Counted from the stretch's first letter, positions 28,124 through 37,591 are shown. The stretch is 64,000 bases of DNA from Eledone cirrhosa (GCA_964016885.1 OZ024766.1:1984001-2048000), one strand, 5' to 3'. The notes: generated from the letters alone by a model not told the origin. A program made the numbers and translations.

Positions 28124-31100
28124 ATGTGTGACATGTATCCCAGTACAACCTGTCTCATGGTCGGGTCGTTGGCGACTAAACTGGCAACCCCACCAAGGTT
28201 TCTTGGTGAGGAGGGTGACTTTGGACATCCTGCAGGACTAAAAACAAAACCTGTCAAAGGGCAAAGGAGCTCTTAAGAGTCAATGGCCATCCAAAATCAC
28301 CGGGAGAGATGACCCCTTAGCCTTTGTCAAGGCAGAATTCTAGGAGAAGGAAAACTCTGATATAACACCTGCAACCCTGATGGTATCCAATGATGTTGAC
28401 TTGTTCTTCTCTTTGGTAAATATCATCTTGGTTAAGAGAGTGGGACTGGCTTTGTGCAGTGCCTTTGCTCACTATAAAAGCTTCACGGCACAGGCATTGC
28501 TTTATATCTGGAGATCTCTCTGCACTTGTCGTCACATGGTACCATGGGCCCAGCACTATGTGTCAATAATTGTCACAGCTGTAGTGTTTGTACCAGAGTT
28601 TTCAAGTCGCTGGCTGGACTAAAAAGTCACACTCGTTCAGCGCATCGCTAGGGGTTCTCCTACATGGATATAAAGTAGTGGCCGTACTCGAAGACGAGTT
28701 GGCAGCCACCATGTATGTGTGTATGTGTGTATGTGTGTGTGTGTATGTAGTTTCCATGTGATCCAACCAACCAATAAACCTTATTTACACATGTGTCTGT
28801 TTATGTGTTGCCAGCCAACAGATAATGTTGATGGAGAGAAAGATTCAACTACTGAAAGAGACCCGTACTGCTGTCGACGCTGACTTCCAGGAAGGGGAGA
28901 TAAGGTCGATGAAGACCGAGATCCACAGGATGGAAATGAGGTACAGCCAATTGATGAGGCAACAGAACTTGATGGTGCAAGATACAGAGAGGTTCTTGTC
29001 AAGGTAAGGACCGGGAATGGGGTGGAGAAGAGGCAAGTGACACATTTGTGATCATTTATATATGAACCGGTTGCAGTCTTCATATCTTTGATTGCCTTAC
29101 TTACTACACTGCTGCTCACTTGTACTGCTGGCCCCTCGATAGGGTGCGCTTGGGGTAGGGTCTCTTCTTCCCAAGCATTCTCCTCATTTAGTAATCTATC
29201 ATAATGGCTCTTCCACGCATCTTTCTTCTCGGCACTTGTGAGGGCAAGCTCACCTTTATCATTCCGGATACATTTCTCTCCAATGACATCACAATTCTCT
29301 CTGACACACTGCCTCGCAATTTTGAACACCTCCTGTTTCTGGTCCTCACATTGCAAAACATGCTTGAATTTTTTATCCTCCACTTCCCTTCTAGCTAAGT
29401 ATACTTGTCGCCTAGCTTCCATCCTGGTCTCTATGTAATGTACCCTGCTTTCCCCATTCTTCCATTGTTTCCATGCCTGTCTCTTAGCCTTAACTGCCTC
29501 ATCTACCTTATTGTTCCATCACCATATCACCCTCATTCTCCCTGTACTTTTGCTCCCTGTACTCTCGTCCGTCGCCTTTAGTAAGTTATTTTTTAGAAAC
29601 TCCCAGTGCTCTTCTACATTGAATGTCTCTATCTGTTCTTCTTTATTGTCAAGTAAGATATCTTTAAATCTGTTACTGTCTTTCAGCTTCCAGATCTTTC
29701 TTCTCCAGGTTGCCATCTGTTTCCAATTTCGTCTAGATTTGACGGTGAGGTAGCTGACAACTAAGTTATGTTGGGAGGTACATTCCTCACAAGGGAAAGC
29801 CTTTGTGTTTACGACCGTCCATCTGTCACGTCCTCTGATGAGGATAAAATCTATCTGACTAGAATTCTCCCCTGATCTATAGGTGATCAGATGGTTGTCG
29901 GGTTTTTTGAAGTTTGCATTACATATCGACATGTCATTGGCGTCGCAGAATTCTAGAAGCCTGAAGCCTTCTTCATTTCTATGTGCCAACCCCATGTCAT
30001 TGGTGCCAAGCTGTATTTCATGTCATTGCCTTTCCCCTGGACAACATCGGTGGCATGGAGAGGTGACTGGTGTTCCACAAAACAAACCTTGCCCAGGCTT
30101 GTACCTCGGAAGGAAACTTTCTAGGGGCAAAACCATGGTCATTGGTGACTGAGTGGGGCCATAAGCAGATGGAATATGAATGGGCAATATACACACTACA
30201 CATGCTATTATATATATATAAAACATACTCATAATATTATGTTGTTGCTGTTTACAGACGAGATAACATCGATATACTGGGGGATGTGCAACAGTCAAGG
30301 AAGACCCTTACTAAAGGTAAACTGACGAAACTGCTGAATGAAGCAAAGAAACAAATTAAAATGACTCAGAAGGTGAGATATGACATGTCTGTCTGTGTGT
30401 CTGTCTGTGTGTACGTCTGCTTTTCCCTGCTTGCAAGGGTGGGACGGGTCCTATTCAGCACAGCATCTCTCCACTTGTCACGGCCCCTCGTCATCTCCAC
30501 CGTGAGCTTCAACAATCTGAGGTCTGCTCTCACCACCTCCGCCCATGTTTTTCGTGGTCTTCCTCGACAGCGTCTTCCTTCTACTGGCATTTCTTGGCAC
30601 TTCTTTATCCAGCAGTCATCCTCCATGCACATCACATGTCCATACCATCTCAGCCTCCTCTCCCACACACTACAACTTATCCCTCATATACCCAGTTTCT
30701 CTCTCACCACATCACATGTCCATACCATCTCAGTCTTCTCTACCACACACCACAACTTATCCCTCTTATACCCAGTTTCTCTCTCAACACATCACATGTC
30801 CATACCATCTCAGTCTTCTCTCCCACACACCACAACTTATCCCTCTTATACACAGTTTCTCTCTCAACACATCACTTGTCCATACCACCTCAGTCTTCTC
30901 TCCCACACACCACAACTTATCCCTCTTATACACAGTTTCTCTCTCAACTCATCACATGTCCATACCATCTCAGTCTTCTCTCCCCTCTTATGCAGATTTA
31001 ATCACGTAAGAACACTCCATGTCAGTTGTATCAACCCAGCTTAGAAGAGGCGATAAACTGTAAATGGGGTTACCATGTGGGAAATCAAATGTTAGACAGA

Positions 31101-31601
31101 AGTTACATAATCATATTTATCAATTATACGTATTTCTGTGGCAGCAGCATGGAGCTGTGTAAATATATCTGTGTTTATGTATTTTTCAGGAAACCTTTGA
31201 GCTCTCCAATGAAATGCATTCTGTCCAACAAAGGCAGAATATATGTGGTGATGAACTTGAATCTCTTCAGATGGACTGTGGCAAACTGAAGTCTAAACTT
31301 GACCAGACAACTGATATCATTGAGAAGAACAGCAATGTAAAATACAGGGTAAATATGTCTCTTTGTACAGCTTTCTTTCTGTTTCATGTATCTGTATATA
31401 TATATATATGGAGAAAAAATTTACGAAATGGAGATGCGGGTATATAGAATTTATTAGGTAACAATTGTTTCTATAGTGTATGAGTTACCTATACCTCGCT
31501 ATTTGAATAATACACAAATATTATCAAAAACCGAAAGTACACTGTAAGCCAACACACCATGTCATCAGACCCTCTGTATTAGAATGATATGAAAATATTA
31601 T

Positions 31602-31639
<38 letters not shown>

Positions 31640-32019
31640 AAATACGTAGTTAAGAAAGCCACAACAATGCAGGGGGAAATTTCGAGGTAGGAAGTGAATG
31701 ATAGATAGGAGAAACAGGAGAAAGTGAAAATTGAGAGAGACAAAGATGAAAACAAAACAAAGGTAGAAGGGTTACCGTAGTGGAGATTTAATCCCAATAT
31801 TTCGGGCTCACGCCCATCAACGGGGGAAGATTCCAAAAGGGGGGGAACAGGCCAAGCGGAGAAAGTTGTGATGTCGTTAAGACAGGAATGCCACTTTCTC
31901 CTGTTTCTCCTATCTATCATTCACTTCCTACCTCGAGATTTCCCTCTGCATTGTTGTGGCTTTCTTAACTACGTATTTTACACATTTCACAATGCTTCAA
32001 GCAAACTTTAACACCCTCT

Positions 32020-32051
<32 letters not shown>

Positions 32052-32280
32052 ACGTAGGTCCCGGGTTGAGTCAGGGATAACCACAGTAAGTAAGGTACTC
32101 AATACATGGCAGAGTAAAAAATACCATCCTACCCCCCCAAAATCCCCCCCAGCCACCACCCCTCCCTCACCACTACCTAAATGTATAAATACCAGAACTT
32201 AATATGACACCCAGCTTCCTGAAGATTTCATCTGAATGAAACAGTACTAGTCCTGTAGAAGCTCCTTCTATAAAATAAAA

Positions 32281-32312
<32 letters not shown>

Positions 32313-32402
32313 GTATATGTATATATATATACAGAGGCGGGCAAGCAATGTTGCAGCATGCTACTTTGTCTGGCCCCGCTTTTATATATAAAATGTTATA
32401 TA

Positions 32403-32446
<44 letters not shown>

Positions 32447-33402
32447 GTTTGTATTTGTAAAGCCAAAACAATGCAGGTAAGGACATAGAATATAAATACA
32501 AATGCAAAAGATATTGTTGACAATTAGTCTTTTACTTTAAATTTATTTAAATGTCCTTAATTTTCGAGATAATATCTCTTCTTCGGAGGGAAGTAAAGGG
32601 GTTAAACCAGTCTTCTAAATAGCTTGCCAAGTCAAGTGTTCTAAATAGCTTGACTTGGCAAGCTATTTAGAAGACTGGTTTAACCCCTTTACTTCCCTCC
32701 GAAGAAGAGATATTATCTCGAAAATTAAGGACATTTAAATAAATTTAAGGTAAAAGACTAATTTTCAACAATATCTTTTGTATTTGTATTTATATTCTAT
32801 GTCCATACCTGCATTGTTTTGGCTTTATTATACACATACAAACGTTTATACCTCATTACACAATGCTTCAAGTGAACTATAACTATATATATATATATAT
32901 ATAAAAATTGAGGACCCCGAGGGCTGAGCTCTGACTGTTTCAGCTCTACTACCCCAACTATTGAGTACTCTGGTGAGTAATGGTCTAACTGGCTTTTTAC
33001 CGCCATCTCTCTATTTATCTATATCTACCTCTATCTCTGCAGAAAATGTACGAGCTGGTGCAACAGCAGTACCGCAGCAAATACTACCAGCAGCTGAAGG
33101 ACGGCAAATACAGGATGTTGTGCAGGAGCAAGGCATCGTTTGATTTGGAATACAGGGTGCAAGTTAACAACATACAGACTCTTACGGCTATAGTGGAGCA
33201 GATATGTCAGGAGTACCCCGGCGTACACAAGATTCTCTCAAAGCTGTTGCAGCTCCTGCATAGTCTGGTGATGAAGTACCCATTGCCCGATGAAGAAGAA
33301 GATGAGGAGGGTGATGACGATGATGATGATGACAATGATGAGGCTGAGACTGCAGGGGCAGGGGCAGGGGCAGGGAAGGGAAATATTGGGGAGAAGTTTT
33401 AA
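9750..33402 (+). CDS. CCDC40: Coiled-coil domain-containing protein 40, spliced gene span (15 exons found; 5' end unresolved)
   Basis: Exons 9750-9833, 16310-16529, 17757-17914, 18755-18895, 19114-19217, 20070-20313, 21235-21417, 22214-22459, 23256-23469, 24372-24541, 26760-26851, 28815-29003, 30258-30372, 31190-31348, 33043-33402. All have AG/GT boundaries, phases chain correctly and the total is 2679 nt ending in TAA. Peptides are colinear with my recollection of vertebrate CCDC40 (PRMVKFQ~[17 protein letters not shown]~LGVNLYEVQQ, KKQDYFVD~KKQDLYVD, ELGPM~[17 protein letters not shown]~EIRAMKGEIHRM). Confidence 0.93.
10108..16252. repeat. Intronic purine-rich minisatellite: ~60-bp unit with variable (GA)n, plus a ~120-bp variant
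   Basis: GGAGAGGAGACAGAGGTGGGGAATGGAA(GA)nGCTGGTGGTGTTGTTGTGTGT tandem array. Confidence 0.97.
16310..16529 (+). CDS. CCDC40: CCDC40 exon (TKPLK...[12 protein letters not shown]...NRKH)
   Basis: ttgcag| ... |gtgagt, 220 nt, phase 0-1. Confidence 0.92.
16532..17307. repeat. G-rich minisatellite GGGGTGTACAGTGGT(G)n
   Basis: Tandem array directly after the donor at 16530. Confidence 0.95.
17345..17535 (+). mobile_element. RTE-clade LINE fragment (post-RT region)
   Basis: [16 protein letters not shown]...MLHGSETW...[11 protein letters not shown]. Confidence 0.8.
17536..17715 (-). mobile_element. Fragment of CRE-like LINE restriction-like endonuclease region
   Basis: [14 protein letters not shown]...[16 protein letters not shown] resembles the LEP.GL.R.DG.RPD motif; homologous to 23815-24135. 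Confidence 0.65.
17757..17914 (+). CDS. CCDC40: CCDC40 exon ([10 protein letters not shown]...ETDQKKQ)
   Basis: ttgcag| ... |gtgagt, 158 nt, phase 1-0. Confidence 0.92.
17922..18721. repeat. Compound pentanucleotide microsatellite (CACTA/CACCA/CCGCA)n
   Basis: Direct reading; fills nearly the whole intron. Confidence 0.97.
18755..18895 (+). CDS. CCDC40: CCDC40 exon (DYFVDRL...AEIQLS)
   Basis: ttctag| ... |gtacgt, 141 nt, phase 0-0. Confidence 0.92.
19114..19217 (+). CDS. CCDC40: CCDC40 exon ([13 protein letters not shown]...GMRKRDEAY)
   Basis: tgttag| ... |gtaagt, 104 nt, phase 0-2. Confidence 0.9.
19243..19571. repeat. 48-bp minisatellite, about 7 copies
   Basis: TTTACAGTGTGGGCTGGGTGCTTTTTTCTGTGTCCTTCACATGTCTAC repeats. 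Confidence 0.95.
19830..20033 (-). mobile_element. tRNA-derived SINE (head and body)
   Basis: Minus strand: A box TGGCTTAGTGG, B box GAGTTCAATTC, then CCTTGAGCAAGACACTT core. Confidence 0.8.
20070..20313 (+). CDS. CCDC40: CCDC40 exon (QLQEQ...YKKS...ENEKL...TTNA)
   Basis: ttgtag| ... |gtgagt, 244 nt, phase 2-0. Confidence 0.92.
20459..20720. repeat. ~55-bp minisatellite, about 5 copies
   Basis: AACTGGGAAACTATAACATATATAACCCTATCAGTGAAGCCCTTTAGTATAGGTC repeats. Confidence 0.93.
20881..21200 (-). mobile_element. Full-length tRNA-head SINE with RTE-derived 3' tail
   Basis: A/B boxes at the 21200 end; tail CCTTGCAAGCAGGGAAAGCGGACGTAA shared with the RTE 3' end at 30413-30448; near-identical copy at 26203-26521. 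Confidence 0.85.
21235..21417 (+). CDS. CCDC40: CCDC40 exon (NKNGMEDTL...KSAKY...TEHL)
   Basis: ctgcag| ... |gtgagt, 183 nt, phase 0-0. Confidence 0.9.
22214..22459 (+). CDS. CCDC40: CCDC40 exon ([10 protein letters not shown]...NRKQ...LINRAG)
   Basis: gtccag| ... |gtgagt, 246 nt, phase 0-0. Confidence 0.9.
22485..23061 (-). mobile_element. Same SINE family with an internal ~49-bp tandem expansion and (GAT)n tail
   Basis: Homologous to 20881-21200; segment repeated at 22605-22930. Confidence 0.82.
23096..23188 (-). mobile_element. Two Helitron-like 3' termini in (TA)n
   Basis: Minus strand CCCGAGCAACGCCGGG hairpin followed by TCATTCTGCTAG|T (second copy lacks the final G). Confidence 0.55.
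23256..23469 (+). CDS. CCDC40: CCDC40 exon (GIELGPM...WLQKQ...QKKIRTD)
   Basis: long pyrimidine tract + tacag| ... |gtgagt, 214 nt, phase 0-1. Confidence 0.93.
23521..23649 (+). mobile_element. SINE body fragment (octopod-type)
   Basis: GTGGCTGAGTATTCCACAGACACG...GGAGATTCAGC...GGCTGGCCCTTTGAATTACAGG recalled as a common octopus SINE segment; related piece at ~60181-60215. Confidence 0.55.
23815..24135 (+). mobile_element. Degenerate CRE-like LINE C-terminal (RLE) fragment
   Basis: Frameshifted VGLDRGDG..., [22 protein letters not shown]...[12 protein letters not shown]. Confidence 0.65.
24135..24330. repeat. (CAC)n-type imperfect microsatellite
   Basis: Direct reading. Confidence 0.9.
24372..24541 (+). 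CDS. CCDC40: CCDC40 exon (KINKQ...KLNDL...EKDFIITLK)
   Basis: ttacag| ... |gtattt, 170 nt, phase 1-0. Confidence 0.9.
24785..25097 (+). mobile_element. Second tRNA-derived SINE family, partial tandem duplication
   Basis: A box TGGCAGTATCGG, B box GAGTTCAAATCC, core TTGCCTTTCATCC...GGGGTC...ATAAA.TACCAG present twice; another fragment on the minus strand at ~39795-39892. Confidence 0.75.
25234..25916. repeat. Palindromic ~38-bp minisatellite with internal orientation flip
   Basis: ACCACCTCTGTTGGTCAACAGAGGTGGT units; linker switches from AGCAACACTGCT to AGCAGTGTTGCT near 25660. Confidence 0.95.
25970..26029 (+). ncRNA. Minimal type I hammerhead ribozyme motif
   Basis: Stem I TATTTTGT/ACAAAATA, core CTGAAGA, stem II AGG/CCT, GAAA, 2-bp stem III with palindromic ATAT loop, AUA cleavage triplet. 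Confidence 0.65.
26203..26521 (-). mobile_element. tRNA-head SINE, copy of 20881-21200
   Basis: Near-identical sequence with (GAT)n tail at 26178-26201. Confidence 0.85.
26760..26851 (+). CDS. CCDC40: CCDC40 exon ([20 protein letters not shown]...VET)
   Basis: tatcag| ... |gtgagt, 92 nt, phase 0-2. Confidence 0.9.
26952..27810. repeat. 49-bp minisatellite, about 17 copies
   Basis: TTACAGTGTGGACTGGGAGCTTTTTTACCGTGTCTCCTACATGACAACC. Confidence 0.96.
28138..28711 (+). mobile_element. Non-coding RTE-related retroposon (5'UTR-like region plus 3' hairpin) in (TATG)n; parent family of the block amplified in 1-9528
   Basis: Contains TAGGAGAAGGAAAACTCTGA, which I recall from RTE 5' UTRs; terminal hairpin AGTGGCCG..ACTCG-AAGA-CGAGT..CAGCCACC; 28301-28711 matches copies such as 6894-7303. 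Confidence 0.6.
28815..29003 (+). CDS. CCDC40: CCDC40 exon ([12 protein letters not shown]...EIHRM...FLS)
   Basis: tgccag| ... |gtaagg, 189 nt, phase 2-2. Confidence 0.93.
29070..29995 (-). mobile_element. RTE-clade LINE fragment (APE endonuclease C-terminus and linker), disrupted
   Basis: [12 protein letters not shown]...ITYRSG..SQIDFIL...SQHNLVV, then WW/AWKQWK linker and VSKAIKDMK; frameshifted. Confidence 0.88.
30258..30372 (+). CDS. CCDC40: CCDC40 exon (RDNIDIL...KMTQK)
   Basis: ttacag| ... |gtgaga, 115 nt, phase 2-0. Confidence 0.9.
30413..30705 (-). mobile_element. RTE LINE 3' end
   Basis: RRLRWYGHV...[22 protein letters not shown]...RDKWR. Confidence 0.88.
30628..30985. repeat. 80-bp tandem repeat derived from the RTE fragment (~4.5 copies)
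   Basis: CACATCACATGTCCATACCATCTCAGTC... at 30628, 30708, 30788, 30868, 30948. Confidence 0.93.
31190..31348 (+). CDS. CCDC40: CCDC40 exon (ETFELS...NVKYR)
   Basis: tttcag| ... |gtaaat, 159 nt, phase 0-0. Confidence 0.9.
31457..31571 (-). ncRNA. Degenerate type I hammerhead motif with long stem II
   Basis: Minus strand GGT-CTGATGA-cATGGTGTG...TACACTATa-GAAAC-AATT-GTT-ACC. Confidence 0.45.
31639..32019 (+). mobile_element. Small inverted-repeat element with 3' tail (Penelope pLTR-like relic)
   Basis: Arms 31639-31726 and 31892-31980, tail containing CACAATGCTTCAAG, flanked by (TA)n; internal hammerhead-like motif. Confidence 0.7.
31792..31827 (-). ncRNA. Minimal hammerhead-like motif (variant core)
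   Basis: TCCC-CCGTTGAT-GGGC GTGA GCCC-GAAATATT-GGGA; A6 is mutated. Confidence 0.5.
32213..32263 (+). ncRNA. Type I hammerhead ribozyme motif
   Basis: Stem I AGCTTC/GAAGCT, CTGAAGA, weak stem II TTC/GAA, GAAAC, stem III ACAG/CTGT with ACTAGT palindrome, GUA cleavage after 32257. Confidence 0.7.
32445..32882 (+). mobile_element. ~400-bp palindromic element with 3' tail; each arm carries a minimal hammerhead-like motif (32555-32589 -, 32696-32730 +)
   Basis: ~190-bp arms, 12-nt spacer at 32637-32648, tail CACAATGCTTCAAG; motif CCT-CCGAAGAA-GAGAT ATT ATCTC-GAAAATTA-AGG. Confidence 0.72.
32908..33006 (+). mobile_element. Diverged collapsed relic of the Penelope-like element termini
   Basis: GGACCCCGAGGGCTGAGCTC..GTTTC followed by CTCTACTACC..TATTGAGTACT.TGGTG..ATGGTC, matching 34390-34418 and 38847-38890. 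Confidence 0.7.
33043..33402 (+). CDS. CCDC40: CCDC40 last coding exon (KMYELV...KDGKY...QEYP...acidic tail, stop)
   Basis: ctgcag| acceptor, open to TAA at 33400-33402. Confidence 0.92.
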   Translation, partial: KMYELVQQQYRSKYYQQLKDGKYRMLCRSKASFDLEYRVQVNNIQTLTAIVEQICQEYPGVHKILSKLLQLLHSLVMKYPLPDEEEDEEGDDDDDDDNDEAETAGAGAGAGKGNIGEKF

Positions 33403-33420
33403 GGAATTGATGAGAAATGT

Positions 33421-34378
<958 letters not shown>

Positions 34379-34390
34379 GGAACCAGTAAG

Positions 34391-34484
34391 ACCCCGACAG
34401 CTGAGCTCAAGCCGTTTCGACGGCTAATTCTGGACTAAATGAAAATTTATCCTGGTATTTAAATAGCCGATCTTCTCAAGGGGT
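34391..34484 (-). ncRNA. Type I hammerhead ribozyme (U3-A8 core), inverted copy
   Basis: Reverse complement of 38732-38825. Confidence 0.8.
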
Positions 34485-35607
34485 AATTCCATATATGGTC
34501 AAAGTGATTTTCAAAAATCAGTAGTAATTCTGTGGTTGCAAATTAGTAGGGGAGATGGTGGCTAAACCTGCCAGTAGGAGAAAGAGGGGAGGGGTGGAGT
34601 AGCCCCAATCAAGCGTTTGTAGTGCCAGCTACAGCTGGGCATGAGGTCAAAGAAGATACAGGGGAGGGGGAGGGGGAGGAAGTCGGAACGGTAGGTAGAA
34701 CAATGGGGGGTAGAAATATATAGGAAAGAAAAAATACTGAGAGTGAAGAAAAGCAAATAAGTGTAAAGAAAAACAAATGAGTGTAAAGAAAAAAGTAAAG
34801 TAAATTAAATTCTACGACCTAGGTCTCAGGCTATTGTTAGGCTAGAATAAATAAATAAATAAATAAAGAAAGAAAGAAGTAAAGAAATAAATAAAGAAAT
34901 AACGAAATAAGTAAAAGAACTAGGTGGGACGGATTAGGCGAGGACCCTTTTAAGAGGTATAAGTACGTAAATGATACGGTGACGGGTCAACAAAAGGGGC
35001 CAAAATACTAAAGAGACTACCACGAAATAAACAATAAAGGTTTCCATCCCGGGCACAATTCCAGCAACCACCCAGTTCAGCAAAGTGAACTAATACGAGA
35101 TAATAATTCTGAGTCCCGAGAAAAATATATACTAATGCTAACTCTAAAAGATCTAAAACAATGAAAGTTCGTACGAAGTAAAGGTAGAATACGGAAGAAT
35201 AAATTCAGAATCCACCCCGCCCAAAAGAAAAGCGAAAAAAGAAATACTGAAACGAAAAAATAAGGCATAAGTGCCACTAAGAAATATAGAGGGCACAGAG
35301 AATAGTGGGAGCGGTCGGAAAAAGGGGACAAGTATCCGGGGTCTAAACCAACTGCTATAAAGGGCGGAGTCCGCCAAATCTATCCTAGACTAGGGGAGGG
35401 GGTGGGGGTACAAAGGCTACAAGGGGCCAAAGGGCAGCCTCGGGTGGGCGAGAAAAGACGCCGACAAAGGAGAAGAGCTGGGGTAGAAGGACTAAGGAGA
35501 GAGGGGGGAAGGAAGGAAATAAAGGAAGCGATAAAAGAATACAAAGAAGATCTTACGTCTCCCTTGGCAAGCAGGGGTTACCCATTGCAAAATCGGCAAG
35601 TGGGGTG

Positions 35608-36155
35608 TTATAGCCCTAGTCTACCCCCCGGGTCATTATGGGGTTTGAGGGCGAGGTAAGTCCTACGCAATCTATGTTTACATGCAGTAACCAGTTCATC
35701 TTTCTTGTTTAGGAGTTGGTCCGTCGAAAACAGCATTTGTAAAGTTTCCTCCGAGCATAAATTGCACGGACGGCGTCCTCCCGTGTAAGAATTGGCTATG
35801 GACAGTAATTTCCAAGTGAGATCATAGGTGATGTTGTTGTCCTTGAGGTCCCATATGTGGCCCGAAAGTGTAGTGGCGTGACGCCGGGCCGGGTTTCGGA
35901 AGGTATGTCTATGTTGGTATAGCCGGGTCTTGAAGTCACATGCGGTAAGTCCTATATAGGCTTTGTTGGAGGTATCCGTCCTCACGTTGCACTGGTAGAT
36001 CACATTACGGTCTCTGCATCTATTGTCGAGTGGGCAAATAGATCTATCCGGGCAGTTACACCTCCTGGTCGGTTCTCCACTGCTATTTAGGTTATTTCTG
36101 CCATCGGGGTTGAGTTTTTTGTTGTTAGAGGAGACGATGTTTTGTGCGAAGTTGG
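35608..36155 (-). pseudogene. Inverted duplicate of the GIY-YIG domain coding region
   Basis: ORF 35608-36192(-) is nearly identical to the C-terminus of the + ORF (WKLL vs WRLL). Confidence 0.85.
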
Positions 36156-37591
36156 AGGATAAACGAGAAACTAAATTCATACAGTTCGACATAGAGAGCT
36201 ACTATGCTTCAATCACCTTACCGCTACTTACTGCCGCCTTGGACTTCGCCGAAACACTTGTGCCCATCACCGACCAGGAAAGAAAAATCATCCTCCACGC
36301 CAGGAAGACAGTCTTACTCTTTGACGACTCTAAATGGATAAAAAGAGCTCCCGACTCACCCTTCGACGTCAGCATGGGCGCCACGGATTCGGCGGAGGTC
36401 ACAGATCTTATAGGATTATTCCTAATAGCCAAACTCACTGATATGTTTCCTGCATTCGGTGGTGGATTGTACCGTGATGATGGGCTCCTTACCCTTAAAG
36501 GGTACAACCCCAGTAGTACAGATCGGGTCCGGAAACAATTAATCAGATTCTTCCGCGACTGGGGATTTAAAATAACCCTACAAACGTCCCTGACCAGAGT
36601 AAACTTCCTGGACGTGACCCTCGACCTCGAAAACGACCTGTACTACCCATACAGGAAACCTAATGACAATCTGCACTACATCCACCGCCGATCAAACCAT
36701 CCTAGGAACATCACAAACAACCTGGTCAAAAACATCTCCCTCCGCATATCCCGTTTGTCAGCTAATGAGCGGATATTCGATGAACATGCGCCTTATTACA
36801 ACCAGGCCCTCAAGCGGAGTAGTTTCCGGGAGGAAATATCCTACTGTCCAGCTCCCATTAGCGGAACCAGCAGGAGACACCGCCGCTCACGCAATGTAAC
36901 ATGGTTCAATCCTCCCCACAACGCAGAGGTGACAACTCCCATCGGGAAACTATTCTTTAGGCTCATTGAAAAACACTTCCCATTACAACACCGCTACCAC
37001 AACATAATTAACAAAAATACCATCAAACTCTCTTACAGCACTACACCCAACTTCGCACAAAACATCGTCTCCTCTAACAACAAAAAACTCAACCCCGATG
37101 GCAGAAATAACCTAAATAGCAGTGGAGAACCGACCAGGAGGTGTAACTGCCCGGATAGATCTATTTGTCCACTCGACAATAGATGCAGAGACCGTAATGT
37201 GATCTACCAGTGCAACGTGAGGACGGATACCTCCAACAAAGCCTATATAGGACTTACCGCATGTGACTTCAAGACCCGGCTATACCAACATAGACATACC
37301 TTCCGAAACCCGGCCCGGCGTCACGCCACTACACTTTCGGGCCACATATGGGACCTCAAGGACAACAACATCACCTATGATCTCACTTGGAGATTACTGT
37401 CCATAGCCAATTCTTACACGGGAGGACGCCGTCCGTGCAATTTATGCTCGGAGGAAACTTTACAAATGCTGTTTTCGACGGACCAACTCCTAAACAAGAA
37501 AGATGAACTGGTTACTGCATGTAAACATAGATTGCGTAGGACTTACCTCGCCCTCAAACCCCATAATGACCCGGGGGGGGGGGGGGGGTAG
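36156..37591 (+). CDS. Penelope-like reverse transcriptase + GIY-YIG endonuclease (5'-truncated, uninterrupted)
   Basis: RT motifs FDIESYYASI, MGATDSAEV, YRDD, NFLDVTL, thumb SNHP; CNC..CPL...C linker; VIY...YIG, R...H, CNLC..E, LLN. Confidence 0.93.

Noticed and set aside
28628-28711. HDV-like fold on the minus strand (GGTGGCTG/CGGCCACT, ACTCGT/ACGAGT, CTGA)
   Set aside because: Only 9 nt available for P3/L3 and no GG for P1.1; better explained as a simple terminal hairpin.
36023-36155. N-terminal 44 aa of the 522-aa ORF
   Set aside because: Fortuitous read-through of the inverted arm; true PLE coding sequence starts at the inversion junction.
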